From contig JBMNLH010000001.1 of the NCBI GenBank assembly GCA_050952625.1, positions 928,001 to 992,000 on the forward strand: 64,000 nucleotides of DNA, read 5' to 3'. Every line of letters starts with the position of its first letter. The stretch's first letter is position 1. Positions 62,475 through 64,000 of this stretch are shown here, piece by piece. The position numbers were made by a program, and so were the translations under genes. Source of the DNA: Bacillota bacterium. GTDB lineage: Bacteria > Bacillota > Ch66 > Ch109. The notes under the pieces were generated by a model. That model made no database searches. It saw nothing but the letters and a program-made list of their open reading frames with translations, and was not told the DNA's origin.

Positions 62475-63818
62475 ATGCAAAGTCAGCTTTCCCAGAGAGC
62501 TGTTGAAGTGGTGCACAGAGCTCAACAATTAGGCGCGGCCATGTCAGAGGTGTTTTTTGTTAATTCCAAGGTGTTAACAATCGAGGTTCGTGAACAAACG
62601 GTCGAGAATCTGAAGCTGGCCGAGGAACGAGGCTTAGGTCTGCGAGTGTTTAGGGATGGCCGGATGGGTTTTGCCTATTCTGCAGATTTAAGCCCGGAAG
62701 CTGTGGAAGAAGTCATCCTGGCGGCCTTAGCTAATAGTCGGCAAACAACAGTTGACGAAGGAAACTGCCTCCCCTCACCGGTTGCCGGTTACCCAGAATT
62801 AGACTTGTATGACCCAAGAATTCGTCAAGCGGAGGTCGAAGCAAAAATAGAACTAGCTAAAGAAGTAGAACGTGTCGGCCGCGAATATGATCCACGAATC
62901 AAGATTACGGAATCTGCTGGTTATGAAGACAGCGAGTATCAGATAACTGTAGCTAACTCGTTGGGGTTAAACGCTTCCTATAGTGGAGCCTATTGTGGAT
63001 TGTATCTAGTAGTGGTGGGTCAAGAGCAAGATGATAACCAAACCGGATTTGCTGTCCAGTATCGTTTGCGATATGATGAGTTAGAGCCAAATAAGGTTGG
63101 TCGTGAGGCAGCTGAAAAAGCGGTTCGCATGCTAGGGGCCAGGAAAATAGAGACCTGTCGCGTACCGGTGGTCCTGGATCCGTATGTCGCGACCAGCTTT
63201 TTGGGGGTGCTGGCACCAGCATTGACAGCGGAGGCGATGCAAAAAGGCAAATCTCTTTTTGCGTCCCGGCTGGGACAGTCAGTTGGTTCAGAAGCCATAA
63301 CCATCATTGACGATGGTACCTTGGCCAACGGTATTGCTTCTTCCCCTTTTGATGGCGAAGGGTTCCCATCGAGTCGGACGGTCCTGATCGATCGAGGGAA
63401 TTTGCAAACATTTTTATATAACACCTATACAGCAGCCCGAGATGGAGTGGTCTCTACCGGCAACGGGGTGCGGGGTTCATTTAAATCTACTCCCGAAGTT
63501 GGCACCACTAACTTTTTTATTCAGCCCGGATCTATTTCGCCGGAAAAATTAATCAGCGATATAAGTGAAGGGCTTTACATCACTGAAGTTATGGGGATGC
63601 ATACAGCAAATCCCATCTCTGGTGATTTCTCGGTTGGAGCGGCTGGTCTTTGGATTAAAAACGGCGAATTAACCACGCCGGTTCGGGGAGTGGCGATCGC
63701 TGGCAATTTGGCTGAACTGCTTCAGGCAGTTGAAGGAGTAGCGGATAACCTGACCTTTTTTGGCGGCAAAGGGTCACCCACCATTAGAATTGGTCGGATG
63801 ACGGTTAGCGGGGCTTAG
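62475..63818 (+). CDS. pmbA: PmbA/TldE protein
   Basis: FDGEG, STGNG, NPISGDFS; lacks HExxxH; paired with tldD. Confidence 0.92.
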   Translation: MQSQLSQRAVEVVHRAQQLGAAMSEVFFVNSKVLTIEVREQTVENLKLAEERGLGLRVFRDGRMGFAYSADLSPEAVEEVILAALANSRQTTVDEGNCLPSPVAGYPELDLYDPRIRQAEVEAKIELAKEVERVGREYDPRIKITESAGYEDSEYQITVANSLGLNASYSGAYCGLYLVVVGQEQDDNQTGFAVQYRLRYDELEPNKVGREAAEKAVRMLGARKIETCRVPVVLDPYVATSFLGVLAPALTAEAMQKGKSLFASRLGQSVGSEAITIIDDGTLANGIASSPFDGEGFPSSRTVLIDRGNLQTFLYNTYTAARDGVVSTGNGVRGSFKSTPEVGTTNFFIQPGSISPEKLISDISEGLYITEVMGMHTANPISGDFSVGAAGLWIKNGELTTPVRGVAIAGNLAELLQAVEGVADNLTFFGGKGSPTIRIGRMTVSGA

Positions 63819-63931
63819 CTTTTTTGGCCAGAAAGTAGTGATCTAATTATGATAAATCGCCCAATCGCTGCCCTTCGTTAAAACACTACGCAATTATATA
63901 ATACTCTTTCTCTGATGAAGGGGGGTTGCTT

Positions 63932-64000
63932 GTGCCTAAGATTCTGGTTCTGCATGGACCTAATTTAAATCTGCTTGGTCTTCGTGAGCCGAGTGTTTAC
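63932..64000 (+). CDS. aroQ: Type II 3-dehydroquinate dehydratase (3'-truncated by window edge)
   Basis: [23 protein letters not shown]. Confidence 0.92.
   Translation, partial: MPKILVLHGPNLNLLGLREPSVY

Noticed and set aside
343-63424. Many short antisense or overlapping ORFs in the track (e.g. 343-570, 33854-34162, 39279-39653, 60551-60742, 61547-61945)
   Set aside because: Shadows of well-supported genes, or lacking RBS and motifs.

Overview
Window from a spore-forming Firmicute (Clostridia, Peptococcaceae-like gene content). The backbone carries mutS/mutL, miaA-hfq, spoVK-hflX, lexA, ychF, trkAH, nfo, yqeG-aroE-aroC-aroK-aroB, a type IV pilus cluster, a TPP-riboswitch thi operon, tldD/pmbA and the start of aroQ. 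The main finding is at 36.9-42.1 kb. The mother-cell sigma factor gene sigK is split into two halves on OPPOSITE strands that point away from each other (5' half 41217-41647 +, 3' half 37202-36909 -). Each half ends at a serine-recombinase att site with a GA core, and the two sites are in inverted orientation. Between them lie an intact SpoIVCA-like large serine recombinase, a candidate directionality factor and decayed prophage genes. Recombination would rebuild a 240-aa pro-sigmaK by INVERTING about 4.4 kb rather than excising a skin element, which predicts a potentially reversible developmental DNA switch. A 12-bp inverted-repeat scar suggests how an excisable skin was converted into this form. 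Other leads are an unidentified structured RNA candidate after nfo, pilus genes lacking canonical start codons, and several families of short dispersed repeats. All calls come from reading motifs by eye; no searches were run.
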